Positions 19,451 through 30,322 of a DNA stretch of 64,000 nt are shown here, one piece after another. This stretch comes from an uncultured delta proteobacterium (GTDB lineage Bacteria > Desulfobacterota > Desulfuromonadia > Desulfuromonadales > JACZKF01), in contig CAWFKQ010000007.1 of NCBI GenBank assembly GCA_963816395.1, positions 192,001-256,000 of the forward strand, written 5' to 3'. Position 1 is the stretch's first letter; each line of letters begins with the position of its first letter. The position numbers were made by a program, and so were the translations under genes. The notes below the pieces were generated by a model, which made no database searches, was not told the DNA's origin, and was given only the letters and a program-made list of their open reading frames with translations.

Positions 19451-19625
19451 GCGGGCCTCCTCGGTGCGAATTGCCCCTTTTTACCTCAGCGCCGGGGGGA
19501 AATGCAACGAGGATTGACCCTGCCGAGCCTAAGGTTGGCGTCCCATGGAGCGCTCCTGCAGAAAATCCGATCCGCAGGAGCGGGCCAGACCATAAGCTGG
19601 CGTCTGCCTTACCGCCTTAAGGAAG

Positions 19626-20075
19626 CTATGCCGCCCGGCTTTCCCAGGCGATGGGGCTCTGCGCCACCGCCAACGGTAGCTCCAACTGCTCGGCATACTC
19701 CTGTGGCCGCAGGGCATACCATCTGTCTTCCAGCTGATAGCCGATGACCCGGCGCGCCGTTTTTCCCTCCAGCACGGGGAAGCTTTCGAGACAGAAGCGC
19801 ATTTCCGAGGTCATCGCGATCAGGGCAGCCTCCACCCTCTCCCGCTCGACCCGCTGGAAAAGGCGGCGCAGATCAGGCCCCCCCAGCCAATCGTCGACGA
19901 AGGTGACCTCCACCCCTTCCCCGATCTCCAGCAATACCTGGCCTTCGTAGAGGCCATCGCCCAGCGTCCCGGTCAGGGCGAAAAATTCACCGGTCCGCTC
20001 CCGACGGATCTCGATCCGCTGCAGATCCAGATAAATGGCCCCGCCGTCCTGCACCATCAGATTGAGATGGATCAT
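19626..20075 (-). CDS. Hypothetical 149-aa protein with QLELPL motif and C-terminal AA
   Basis: GGGAGG RBS before the ATG at 20075; the ORF track's N-terminal extension is a translated repeat. Confidence 0.8.
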   Translation of the reverse strand: MIHLNLMVQDGGAIYLDLQRIEIRRERTGEFFALTGTLGDGLYEGQVLLEIGEGVEVTFVDDWLGGPDLRRLFQRVERERVEAALIAMTSEMRFCLESFPVLEGKTARRVIGYQLEDRWYALRPQEYAEQLELPLAVAQSPIAWESRAA

Positions 20076-20107
20076 GTCGCACCTCCCTTTTTTTCTTCCC
20101 AGGATGA

Positions 20108-20140
20108 AGAATATCGGGCATGCGTGACAGAATAGGTCAC
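20108..20140 (-). promoter_or_regulatory. Putative WYL-regulator operator/promoter: GTGAC-N7-GTCAC palindrome, TGTCAC-N10-TATTCT
   Basis: Minus strand reads GTGACCTATTCTGTCAC-GCATGCCCGA-TATTCT; spacing matches the PafBC motif TGTCGG-N10-TA-N3-T. Confidence 0.6.
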
Positions 20141-20143
20141 AAG

Positions 20144-20229
20144 AAGCGGCAAGCGGCAAGCGGCAAGCGGCAAGCGGCAAGCGGCAAGCGGCAAGCGGCA
20201 AGCGGCAAGAACGGCAAGCGGCAAGCGGA
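20144..20229. repeat. Heptanucleotide tandem array (AAGCGGC)n
   Basis: 9 perfect units, one AAGAACGGC variant, one perfect unit and one AAGCGGA. Confidence 0.97.
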
Positions 20230-20234
20230 GATGA

Positions 20235-21227
20235 TCAGAGGGGACCGGACTGATCCTGCAGCGCCTGCTCCAGCCCCTGGCGGAAGGCGGCGCACAGGCT
20301 GGCCGGTTCGAGGATCTGCACGTGCGGCAGGTAGGAGTAAAGCCAGGCAAGAATCTCGGTTTGGCCGGCGGCCTCGAAAGCCAGGTGAAGGGAACCGTCC
20401 GGCTGCTCGGCCAGAATCTGGCTGGGGTGCCAGATCCGTTCACGAATCAGGTGAGCGATGGGCGCTGCAAAGCGCACCCGGACGCGCAGCGGAGCGCCGT
20501 CGATCAGCCCGAAGGAGCTGCCGGTCAGGTCCTCGGGGCGAAAATCTTCCGGCACTTCGAAACGGTCCCGGGTCAGCTCGACTTCCTGCAGGCGATCGAT
20601 GAGGAACAGGCGCAGGGCGTCGCGATTGTGGGCGAAGCCGCCGAGGTAGAGGGAATCTTTGTAAAACAGGAGGGTATAAGGGTCGAAGAGGTACTCCTCG
20701 GGACTCCGCCGGGGCGGCGCGTAATGCAGACGGCAGCGGTATTGGAAAAGGAGCGCCTCCCGCAGCCGTTCCAGAATCTGCCGCTTGCCGGCATAGTCAC
20801 GCACACCCTGGAAGCGGGGAGCGGCCGCCTCGGCGATTCGCTCCAGGTGGGCGACGCTGCGCGGCGGCAGTGAGGAGCGGATACGACCGAAGACAGCATC
20901 CAGATCGTCCTGAAAGGGGGTGCCGCGGAGGAACCCGAACAGCCGCCGGCCGAGATAGAGCGTCATCAGCTCCGGCAGGGAAAAGGTGATCGGGGGTATT
21001 TTCTTGAAGCCGGTGAGGAAACGATAGAGCGTGCGGCCGTTTTCGCTCTCCCGAACCAGAGGATAGCCGGCATCGACGATCGCCTGCAGATCGCGGTAGA
21101 CGGTGCGGCGCGTGACCCGGCACTCCTCCGCCAGCTCTTCCACGGTAGCCCCGTAGCGCGCTTCAAGAAGGCGGATCACATCGTGCAGCCGCGCGGCCTG
21201 GCTGTATTTTTTGGCTGGTTTGGGCAT
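20235..21227 (-). CDS. HTH-WYL-WCX transcriptional regulator (PafB/PafC/YafY-like)
   Basis: ELAEECRVTRRTVYRDL wHTH; FDPYTL..YKDSLYLGG...R.F.IDR WYL domain; WHPSQ..DGSL..WLYSY WCX domain. Confidence 0.93.
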   Translation of the reverse strand: MPKPAKKYSQAARLHDVIRLLEARYGATVEELAEECRVTRRTVYRDLQAIVDAGYPLVRESENGRTLYRFLTGFKKIPPITFSLPELMTLYLGRRLFGFLRGTPFQDDLDAVFGRIRSSLPPRSVAHLERIAEAAAPRFQGVRDYAGKRQILERLREALLFQYRCRLHYAPPRRSPEEYLFDPYTLLFYKDSLYLGGFAHNRDALRLFLIDRLQEVELTRDRFEVPEDFRPEDLTGSSFGLIDGAPLRVRVRFAAPIAHLIRERIWHPSQILAEQPDGSLHLAFEAAGQTEILAWLYSYLPHVQILEPASLCAAFRQGLEQALQDQSGPL

Positions 21228-21275
21228 AAGAATGCAGTCCGGAGGTCAGCGGCAAGAGGCTAGAGGTGAAAGGCT

Positions 21276-21683
21276 TTACGTGGGCTCCTCCTCTTGCCCC
21301 TTGCCTCCAGCCTCCAGCCTCGTTTGATAATACGTGTATTTATGCGCCTTGCCGCGGACCTTCTCGGAGGGGTACTTGCGGACGTTCTTTTCCATCTTGG
21401 CGAGGATGGTTTCGGCGAGATCGAGGTCGAGGGTATTGGCGAGAGAGAGGGAATAAATAACGATGTCTGCAAGCTCTTCACCGATCTGAGACAGCGCTTC
21501 CGGGTCAAGGGTCTTCGATTCTTCCACCGTGAGCCATTGGAAGTGCTCCATCAGCTCTGCCGCCTCAATGGCGATGGACATGGAGAGATTTTTGGGGGTG
21601 TGAAATTTTTCCCAGTCCCGCTCGCGGACAAAAGCCGCCATTTTTTCTTTCAGCTGCTGCAGCGTTGTCCGCTCGTCACTCAT
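21276..21683 (-). CDS. MazG-like nucleotide pyrophosphohydrolase (DCTPP1-like)
   Basis: RDWEKFHTPKNL, IEAAELMEHFQW, EELAD and KM.KN..KYP motifs. Confidence 0.93.
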   Translation of the reverse strand: MSDERTTLQQLKEKMAAFVRERDWEKFHTPKNLSMSIAIEAAELMEHFQWLTVEESKTLDPEALSQIGEELADIVIYSLSLANTLDLDLAETILAKMEKNVRKYPSEKVRGKAHKYTYYQTRLEAGGKGQEEEPT

Positions 21684-21702
21684 GGCGAAGCCCTCCCCTT
21701 CC

Positions 21703-23265
21703 CTATTCCCACTCGATGGTTGCCGGCGGCTTGCTGGAGATGTCGTAAACGACCCGGTTCACTCCCTTGACTTCGTTGATGATCCGGTTGCTGATCCGGG
21801 CCAGGTCGGCATAGGGGAGCGGATACCAGCCGGCGGTCATGAAATCCCTGGTCTCCACCGCCCGCAGGGCGACGACGAATTCGTAGGTGCGGCCGTCGCC
21901 CATCACCCCGACGCTGCGCACCGGCAGAAAGACCGCGAAAGCCTGGCTGATCTTGTGGTAGTGGCCGGTGCGGTAGAGCTCATCGATATAGATGGCGTCC
22001 GCCTGGCGCAGGATATCGGCATATTCCTTCTTCACCTCGCCGAGGATGCGCACCCCGAGCCCGGGACCGGGGAAGGGATGGCGCCAGACCATCTGGTGCG
22101 GCAGACCGAGTTCCTCGCCGATCGCCCGCACCTCGTCCTTGAACAACTCGCGCAGCGGCTCCAGCAGCTGCAGCTTCATATATTCGGGAAGGCCGCCCAC
22201 ATTGTGATGGCTCTTGATGTTGTGCGCCTTGCCGGTTTTCGCCCCGGCCGACTCGATGACGTCCGGATAGATCGTTCCCTGGGCCAGCCAGCGGGCGTCC
22301 GGGAGTTTGCCCGCCTCTTGCTCGAATACCTCGATGAACAGGCCGCCGATGATCTTGCGCTTGCGCTCGGGATCCTCGATCCCGGCGAGGGCCGACAGGA
22401 AGCGCTCCTCGGCATTGACCCGGATCACTTTCACCCCCATGTTCTGGGCAAAGGTGGCCATCACCTGGTCCCCCTCTCCCAGGCGCAGAAGACCATTGTC
22501 GACAAAGACGCAGGTCAGCTGCTCGCCGATCGCGCGGTGGATGAGAGCCGCCGCCACCGACGAATCGACGCCGCCGGAAAGGCCGAGAATGACCTGACCG
22601 CTCCCCACCTGCCGGCGGATGCGGGCGATGGCGTCCTCGATGATCTGCCCCGGCGTCCACTTGCCGCTGCAGCCGCAGATTTTACGCACGAAGGTGTCAA
22701 GGAGGATTTCCCCACGTGGGGTATGGTTGACCTCGGGATGGAACTGCACCCCGTACAGGTGTCGGGTGGTATCCTGGATGGCGGCGACCGGCGCGTTTTC
22801 CGTCCCCGCCACCACCTCGAAACCCGGCGGGATCACCTCCACATGGTCGCCGTGGCTCATCCACACCGGGCTCTTGCCGTCGACGAAGAATCCTTCGAAC
22901 AGCGGCCCCGGCTCTTTCCGCAGAGACAGGTCGGCATGGCCGAATTCGCGCTTGCCGGCGGGGACCACCGAGCCGCCGAAATGCCGGCTCAGCAGCTGCA
23001 TGCCGTAGCAGATTGCCAGCACCGGCACCCCCAGTTCGAACAACTCCTCCGCCACGGCAGGCGCCCCCGCTTCATACACTGATTTGGGGCCGCCGGAAAG
23101 GATGATCCCGCGGGGAGCAAAGGCGCGGATCGCCGCGAAGTCCATATCGAATGGATGCAGTTCACAGTAGACGTGCGCTTCGCGCACCCGGCGGGCAATG
23201 AGCTGCGTGTACTGGGAGCCGAAATCGAGGATGAGGATTTTTTCGGCGTGGATGTCAGGCTGCAT
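21703..23265 (-). CDS. guaA: GMP synthase (glutamine-hydrolysing)
   Basis: LDFGSQY, ICYGMQ, QFHPEV, SGGVDSS and [10 protein letters not shown] motifs. Confidence 0.98.
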   Translation of the reverse strand: MQPDIHAEKILILDFGSQYTQLIARRVREAHVYCELHPFDMDFAAIRAFAPRGIILSGGPKSVYEAGAPAVAEELFELGVPVLAICYGMQLLSRHFGGSVVPAGKREFGHADLSLRKEPGPLFEGFFVDGKSPVWMSHGDHVEVIPPGFEVVAGTENAPVAAIQDTTRHLYGVQFHPEVNHTPRGEILLDTFVRKICGCSGKWTPGQIIEDAIARIRRQVGSGQVILGLSGGVDSSVAAALIHRAIGEQLTCVFVDNGLLRLGEGDQVMATFAQNMGVKVIRVNAEERFLSALAGIEDPERKRKIIGGLFIEVFEQEAGKLPDARWLAQGTIYPDVIESAGAKTGKAHNIKSHHNVGGLPEYMKLQLLEPLRELFKDEVRAIGEELGLPHQMVWRHPFPGPGLGVRILGEVKKEYADILRQADAIYIDELYRTGHYHKISQAFAVFLPVRSVGVMGDGRTYEFVVALRAVETRDFMTAGWYPLPYADLARISNRIINEVKGVNRVVYDISSKPPATIEWE

Positions 23266-23283
23266 GCGGGTTTTCTCCAACAT

Positions 23284-23355
23284 GTAGGGGCACGGCGCGC
23301 CGTGCCCTCTACACCTTGCGGCCATGAGATCGGGCACGGCGCGCAGTGCCCCTCC
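23284..23355. repeat. GTAG-type REP doublet (REPIN/BIME-like)
   Basis: GTAGGGGCACGGCGCGCCGTGCCC and inverted copy GGGCACGGCGCGCAGTGCCCCTCC between guaB and guaA. Confidence 0.75.
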
Positions 23356-23360
23356 GCAGA

Positions 23361-24866
<1,506 letters not shown>

Positions 24867-24916
24867 TTAATCCGTAAGCTTATAAGAGCGGGCAAGAGAG
24901 AGTCAAGGTTAAAAGC

Positions 24917-25025
24917 AGGCTATAACAGGCTAGAGGCAACGGGCTAGCGGCTTGAGGAAAAAAGAAAAGCACCTCCCCGCCATTGCCTTTCTCCTATGGC
25001 CTCTTGCCCCTAGCCTCTTGCCTCC
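24917..25025. repeat. Degenerate inverted heptamer arrays (AGGCTAG/AGGCAAG family)
   Basis: aggctat..aggctag aggcaac gggctag cggcttg facing gcctcttgcccctagcctcttgcctcc. Confidence 0.6.
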
Positions 25026-25030
25026 GGGAT

Positions 25031-26101
25031 TCAGTTCGGCACGAACTGATCCCGGGACGTAATCCGATAGAGTACGGCAGTGAGGAGCCGCACGGCATTT
25101 TCCAGGTCGTTCAGGGAAAGGACCTCCACCGGGGTGTGCATGTAACGAAGCGGGACCCGGACCAGGGCAGTGGCCACGCCGCCGCGGGAAATCTGCACCA
25201 CATTGGCATCGGTGCCGGTCGCCCGCGGCTCGCCGATGATCTGAACGGGGATGCTTTCCTCGCGGGCGGTGCGGGTCAATAGGTCGAACAGCGCCGGGTT
25301 GATGTTCGCCCCGCGCGACAGGATCGGTCCGCCGTCCAACTGGAATTCGCCGATTTCCTTTTTTTCCACGCCGGGAAAATCAGTAGCGAAACCGACTTCC
25401 ACGACGAGGGCGAGGTCGGGCCGCACCTCGTAGGCACTGGTAACGGCGCCGCGCAGGCCCAACTCTTCCTGCACGGTGGAGACGCCGTAGAGTTCGACCG
25501 GCAGCGGCCCGCGCCGGTGCACCTCTCCGAGCACCCGGGCGACGACAAAGGCGCCCATCTTATCGTCGAAGGCGCGGCCGGTGATACGCTCCCCCTGCAG
25601 GCGCTCCAGACCGACGGCGAAGGTCACCGGATCACCGATCGCCACCCGATCCCGCGCCTCGTCGCGGCTGCGGCAGCCGATGTCGATGAACATCTCCTTG
25701 AACTTGAGGACCGTTTCCTTGTCTTTTGCCTCCATCAGGTGGATCGGCTTCTTGCCGATCACCCCGAGGAGGGCGCCGGCGGCCGTATGCACCCGCACCC
25801 GTTGTCCGGGGACCAGGTGGGGATCGATGCCGCCGATGGGGGTGAAATAGAGAAACCCCTGCTCGTCGATGTAGCGGACCATGAAACCGATCTCGTCGCA
25901 GTGACCGGTCAGCATGACCCGCGGGGCGCCCGCCCCAGGCCCGGCCAGACGGGCGATGAGGTTGCCCATCATGTCGGTGCGCAATTCATCGGCCACCCCT
26001 TCCAGCCGCTGACGGATCAGCCGCTGCACCGGCTGCTCGTAACCGGATGGGCTGGGGGTTTCTATCAGTTCCTGCAGGAAATCGAAGTCGGTATCATTCA
26101 T
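25031..26101 (-). CDS. M42-family metallo-aminopeptidase
   Basis: PSGYE, GHCDEIG, AFDDK, VQEELGLRGA and RYMHTP motifs. Confidence 0.93.
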   Translation of the reverse strand: MNDTDFDFLQELIETPSPSGYEQPVQRLIRQRLEGVADELRTDMMGNLIARLAGPGAGAPRVMLTGHCDEIGFMVRYIDEQGFLYFTPIGGIDPHLVPGQRVRVHTAAGALLGVIGKKPIHLMEAKDKETVLKFKEMFIDIGCRSRDEARDRVAIGDPVTFAVGLERLQGERITGRAFDDKMGAFVVARVLGEVHRRGPLPVELYGVSTVQEELGLRGAVTSAYEVRPDLALVVEVGFATDFPGVEKKEIGEFQLDGGPILSRGANINPALFDLLTRTAREESIPVQIIGEPRATGTDANVVQISRGGVATALVRVPLRYMHTPVEVLSLNDLENAVRLLTAVLYRITSRDQFVPN

Positions 26102-26124
26102 GGGAGGCCCCTTTTTAAGGTTTC

Positions 26125-26187
26125 GGGAATCAGGTCTCAGGTTACAGGTTATTCGGGCTCGACCTGATTCCTGAAACCTGAATCCTA
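26125..26187. repeat. Inverted heptamer arrays (CAGGTxx / xCCTGAx)
   Basis: aatcagg tctcagg ttacagg facing acctgat tcctgaa acctgaa. Confidence 0.6.
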
Positions 26188-26197
26188 TCCCTGGTCT

Positions 26198-26848
26198 TCA
26201 TTTTACCGCTTTTGCAACCAATTCCTCGCTGTTTCGCCGGCACTGTTCGAACTCTTCAGAAGTCAGGCCGGCGCCCAGGGCGATCACCTTCGCCGCCGCC
26301 AGGGGGGTAAGGTCGCCGGGGGCATGGCTGTCGGTGTTCACCACCAGCCGGGCGCCGGCAGCCAGGGCGGTGCGGGCTACATGACCGTTGGCCAGGGCAT
26401 GGCTGCGGCGGGTAGTGATTTCCAGCAGGATGCCGCGGCTGGCGGCGAGGGCCGCCTCTTCGGGGGTGATCAGCCCAGGATGGGAAAGTATGTCGATGTC
26501 GGCCTCGAGGGCCGCCCGGTTGGTACCGGGGGCTACCGGTTCGGCGATCGTCTCGCCGTGGCAGACGACCACCCGCGCTCCCAGTCGGCGCGCTTCGCCG
26601 GCTGCCTCGCCGATCATCGCCGGGGGAATGTGGGTGAGTTCGATGCCGGGGATGACGGTGAGCCCCCAGGCCTTACCGAGATCCGCGGCCACCCGCACCA
26701 GGCGCGGAATGATCAAGTCGAAATTGGAGAAATCGCCGTGATCGGTGAGGGCAATGGCCCGGTAACCGGCCACCGCTGCCCGCCGGGTCAACTCGGCGGG
26801 AATCAGCTCCCCGTCGCTGAACAGGGTATGCGTGTGCAGATCGATCAT
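26198..26848 (-). CDS. PHP-domain phosphoesterase (histidinol-phosphatase-domain type)
   Basis: IDLHTH, TDH, HGET, SHPG and NTDSH motifs. Confidence 0.9.
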   Translation of the reverse strand: MIDLHTHTLFSDGELIPAELTRRAAVAGYRAIALTDHGDFSNFDLIIPRLVRVAADLGKAWGLTVIPGIELTHIPPAMIGEAAGEARRLGARVVVCHGETIAEPVAPGTNRAALEADIDILSHPGLITPEEAALAASRGILLEITTRRSHALANGHVARTALAAGARLVVNTDSHAPGDLTPLAAAKVIALGAGLTSEEFEQCRRNSEELVAKAVK

Positions 26849-26867
26849 CTTTTCCTCCGGAAAGAAC

Positions 26868-26937
26868 GGTTCAGGGTCAAGGTTCAAGATTCAAGGAGAC
26901 GCATAACTTCGAACATTGAACATCGAACTTTGAACTG
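26868..26937. repeat. Inverted heptamer arrays (TTCAAGG / TTGAACA)
   Basis: ggttcag ggtcaag gttcaag attcaag facing tcgaaca ttgaaca tcgaact ttgaact. Confidence 0.65.
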
Positions 26938-26942
26938 ATTGT

Positions 26943-28265
26943 TCAGCCTGGCAATTCCCCCAACTGCGAATTTTTGTACGAGCGGGTGATGCGCACCGGA
27001 ACAACGCGGCCGGCCAGGGAAGGGTCGCCGGCGAAATTGACGATGCGGTTCCAGGTGGTGCGGCCGAACAGCTGTCCGCCTCCCTGCCGGCTCTCTCCCT
27101 CGACCAGAACCGGCAGAATTTTACCCACGTCCATCGCCCAGGTCTGCCTGCTGATCCCCTCCTGCAGGTGCAGCAGGCGCTCGAAGCGCTCCTGTTTCAC
27201 CGCCGCCGGTGTATCGTCCGCCAGGGCCGCGGCCGCGGTGCCGGGGCGCGGTGAATAGAGGAAGGTAAAGGCGTCGGTGTAACGCACCTCTTGCACCAGT
27301 TCGAGGGTCCTGGAGAAATCCTCCTCGGTTTCGCCTGGGAAACCGACGATGATGTCGGTGGTCAGACGGATCTCCGGGCAGGCACTCCGCAGCCGGCGCA
27401 CCAGTTGCAGGTATTGATGGCGGGTATAGCCGCGGTTCATCGCCTGCAGGAGACGGTCCGAACCGCATTGCACCGGCAGGTGCAGATGGCGGCAGATCTT
27501 TTCCAGCCGCCCGATGCTATCGACGAGTTCCTGCGACAGGTCTTTCGGATGGGAAGTGGTGAAGCGGATTCGTTCGATCCCCTCGATGGCATTGACCAGC
27601 GTCAGCAGTTCGGCAAAAGAGATCTCCCCCGGCTCCCGACTCCCGTAGGAATTGACGTTCTGGCCGATCAGGGTGACCTCGCGCACCCCGGCTGCCGCCA
27701 GCTCGCCGATTTCCGCCAGAACATCCCCGCTCGGCCGGCTGATCTCCCGACCGCGCACGTGCGGCACGATGCAGAATGAGCAGAAATTGTCGCATCCCTG
27801 CATCACCGTGACGAAACGGGTGATTCCCGCCCCCTCCGGGCGGCTGGGAAAGAGGGCCAACCGGGTCTCCCGATCGAGGAATTCCGTCTCTTGGCAGCGC
27901 CGGCGGTTTTCCTGCACCCGACGCACCATGGCCGGCAGCTTATGAACGTTGTGGGTGCCGAAGACCAGGTCGAGATAGGGAATTTTCTCGAGCAGGCGCG
28001 CCCCTTCCTGCTGGGCCACACACCCGCCCACCCCGAGTACCAAGGAGGGATTTTCGTCCTTGAGCGGCTTGAAACGCCCAAGATGCCCGTAAACCTTGCG
28101 TTCCGCCTTGTCCCGCACCGAACAGGTGTTGAGGAGGATCAGATCGGCTTCGGCGGCAACCTCGATCTGCTGGTAGCCGATCCCGCGCAGCAGATCGACG
28201 ATCCGCTCGGAGTCGACAACATTCATCTGGCAGCCGAAAGTCTCGAGATAGAACTTCTTATTCAT
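26943..28265 (-). CDS. miaB: tRNA-i6A37 methylthiotransferase
   Basis: TFGCQMN, NTCSVR, GCDNFCSFC radical-SAM motif and C-terminal TRAM domain. Confidence 0.96.
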   Translation of the reverse strand: MNKKFYLETFGCQMNVVDSERIVDLLRGIGYQQIEVAAEADLILLNTCSVRDKAERKVYGHLGRFKPLKDENPSLVLGVGGCVAQQEGARLLEKIPYLDLVFGTHNVHKLPAMVRRVQENRRRCQETEFLDRETRLALFPSRPEGAGITRFVTVMQGCDNFCSFCIVPHVRGREISRPSGDVLAEIGELAAAGVREVTLIGQNVNSYGSREPGEISFAELLTLVNAIEGIERIRFTTSHPKDLSQELVDSIGRLEKICRHLHLPVQCGSDRLLQAMNRGYTRHQYLQLVRRLRSACPEIRLTTDIIVGFPGETEEDFSRTLELVQEVRYTDAFTFLYSPRPGTAAAALADDTPAAVKQERFERLLHLQEGISRQTWAMDVGKILPVLVEGESRQGGGQLFGRTTWNRIVNFAGDPSLAGRVVPVRITRSYKNSQLGELPG

Positions 28266-28303
28266 TGAAAAAGCCAGTCATGTGGAAAGGGTTGCCAACC
28301 GGT

Positions 28304-28868
28304 TCAGGAGTTTTCGCCGTCAATGGCAGCACCCGCCGGCGTTTCTTCCTGCTTCCGCTGCAGACGATGGCTCGCCGTCAGAGCCGATTCGAGCAGCGCG
28401 GTGAGCCGCCGGGGGTGCTCGATACAGGAGATGACCAGCGTCTGCTGCGGTTGGCTGCCGGTGATTCGGAAAGAGGCGAGCTCTGCCGCCAACGGTTTGA
28501 CCCGGAAGAAGGTCAGCTCACTCAAGGGTAAAGTCTCCAGGCGTGGGCGGAAGAAGCCGCGCCGGACCAGAATCCGCCGGTCGGTCACGGCGTAAAAGAC
28601 CTTCTCCCATTCCAGGCGGGCGTGCAGAGGATGTCCCACGGCGAGATAGACACCAGCCAGGACGAAGGGCAGCGGAATCCAGAGCACCAGCGGCGTCTGA
28701 TAGGTGACGCGCAACTCAAAACCGACAATCTGCCAATACACCGAGAGCAGGAGGAGGAGGATGCCGAAGACGGAATGACGCCAATTGCGGAAGGTAAAGC
28801 AGCCAGGCGCCGGACGCCCTTCCCAGTGGACAGCTCTCCTCCGGCTGCAGAAAGACCGACCAGTCCAT
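28304..28868 (-). CDS. Membrane protein with bacterial PH-like domain (frameshift near 28835)
   Basis: ATG overlaps the upstream stop; removing one base joins MDWSVFLQPEE to AVHWEGRPAP..YAVTDRRIL. Confidence 0.7.
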
Positions 28869-30220
28869 CACCCCCCCGAGATTGCCTGCAGCCTGCCGGC
28901 GGCGGCCCGGCCCAGCTTTCCCTGCGGATCCGCCTTGGCCACGTCCTGGTAAAGGGCAATGGCCTTCTGCCGCTCGCCGGCCTTCTCGTAAGCCTCGGCC
29001 AGCAGGAATCCTCCCTGCAGGGTAGGCAGCAGCTGCATCCCCGCCTCCAGCTCAGTCACCGCCCGCTGCTTGTCCCCCTGCTGCAGGAAGACGTAGCCGA
29101 GTCCCAGATGCGACAGGTAGTAAGCGCCGTCGAGCTTAACCGCCCGGGCCAGGTGCGGACGGGCCGCAGCCGGGTCTTCCGAGCGCAGGTAGGCCATCCC
29201 CAGGCCGGTGAGAATCAGCGCCTCATCCGGAGCGGCGGTCGCCGCCTGGAAGTAGGTGGCGATCGCCTTGGAAGTCTCCCCTTTCGCTTCCAGATGCCGG
29301 GCCTGTTCATACAGTTCGAAAGCGGGCTCCTCCAGGCGCAGTGCCGCCACCGCAGCCTGAAACGGCTCGCGACCCAGGCGAAAACCGGCACCGTGCGCCT
29401 GCGGGTAGCGACTACGGATGTACTGCTCATTATCGAGCATCCGCTCCTTGGAGAATGGGTGGGTTCGGAAAATACCGGAAACCCAGTCCGGCTCCGCCCC
29501 GCCTTCGAGCTGCCGATAGAAGAACTCCTGCACCTGCGCCGCTCCCTGTGGATCGTAGCCCGCCCGTACCATGTAATCGATCCCCAGCAGATCCGCTTCC
29601 CGCTCCTGTTCGCGGCTGTAGGAGCGGTCGACCAGTGTCGCTGCCAGCTGCCCGGCCTGCTGGGCCAGAGGTCCGTAAGAGGCTTCACCGGCCACTCCGG
29701 AAAGAACCGCTAAGCTGAGATTCAGCAATGAGCCGCGCTGCATCCCCTGCACCGAATGGCGGGCGGTGACGTGACCGATCTCATGCCCGAGCACCGCCGC
29801 CAGTTGCGCCTCATTCTGCAGGTGTCCCAGGAGGCCGCGAGTGACGCCGATGAAACCACCGGGCATGGCGAAAGCATTGGGACTCGAGTCGTTGATCACC
29901 CGGAACTGCCAGGGCAGATCCGGACGCTCGCTGAGTCTTGCCAGGGCATGGCCGACCCGATCGACGTAGGCGCTCAGATCCGCATCGGGATATGCCCCTC
30001 CCATCTTCTGTACCGCTTGCGGAAAGGCCTGCTCTCCGAGGGTTATCTCCTCGGCCGGGGAAACCTGCGTCAGGGCCAGTTCGTTCTTTCCGGTAACCGG
30101 ATTGACAGCGCAGGCAGCCAGCAGTCCGGCCACCCCGAGCAGTGCCAGGAACAGGCAACTGACTCGTCGGGCCGGCGCGTTTATTTTTCTTCTGATCTTC
30201 TGCAAACCTTCTCCTCCCAA
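28868..30220 (-). CDS. M48-family metalloprotease lipoprotein with TPRs (BepA-like)
   Basis: LAAC lipobox, NAFAMPGG, HEIGH, YSREQEREAD, THP and TPR tail. Confidence 0.92.
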   Translation of the reverse strand: MGGEGLQKIRRKINAPARRVSCLFLALLGVAGLLAACAVNPVTGKNELALTQVSPAEEITLGEQAFPQAVQKMGGAYPDADLSAYVDRVGHALARLSERPDLPWQFRVINDSSPNAFAMPGGFIGVTRGLLGHLQNEAQLAAVLGHEIGHVTARHSVQGMQRGSLLNLSLAVLSGVAGEASYGPLAQQAGQLAATLVDRSYSREQEREADLLGIDYMVRAGYDPQGAAQVQEFFYRQLEGGAEPDWVSGIFRTHPFSKERMLDNEQYIRSRYPQAHGAGFRLGREPFQAAVAALRLEEPAFELYEQARHLEAKGETSKAIATYFQAATAAPDEALILTGLGMAYLRSEDPAAARPHLARAVKLDGAYYLSHLGLGYVFLQQGDKQRAVTELEAGMQLLPTLQGGFLLAEAYEKAGERQKAIALYQDVAKADPQGKLGRAAAGRLQAISGG

Positions 30221-30322
30221 AGGGTTTCGACTTTAACATTTTTTCGCTAGCCTTGTCACCATGAAATCATGTATGATGACTGGTTTGCTGAATACTCATA
30301 CAAGGAGCAGTAAGAATTTTCT

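Noticed and set aside
20144..20229. CRISPR array or WYL-linked CRISPR system
   Set aside because: These are contiguous 7-mers with no spacers, and there are no cas genes in the window.
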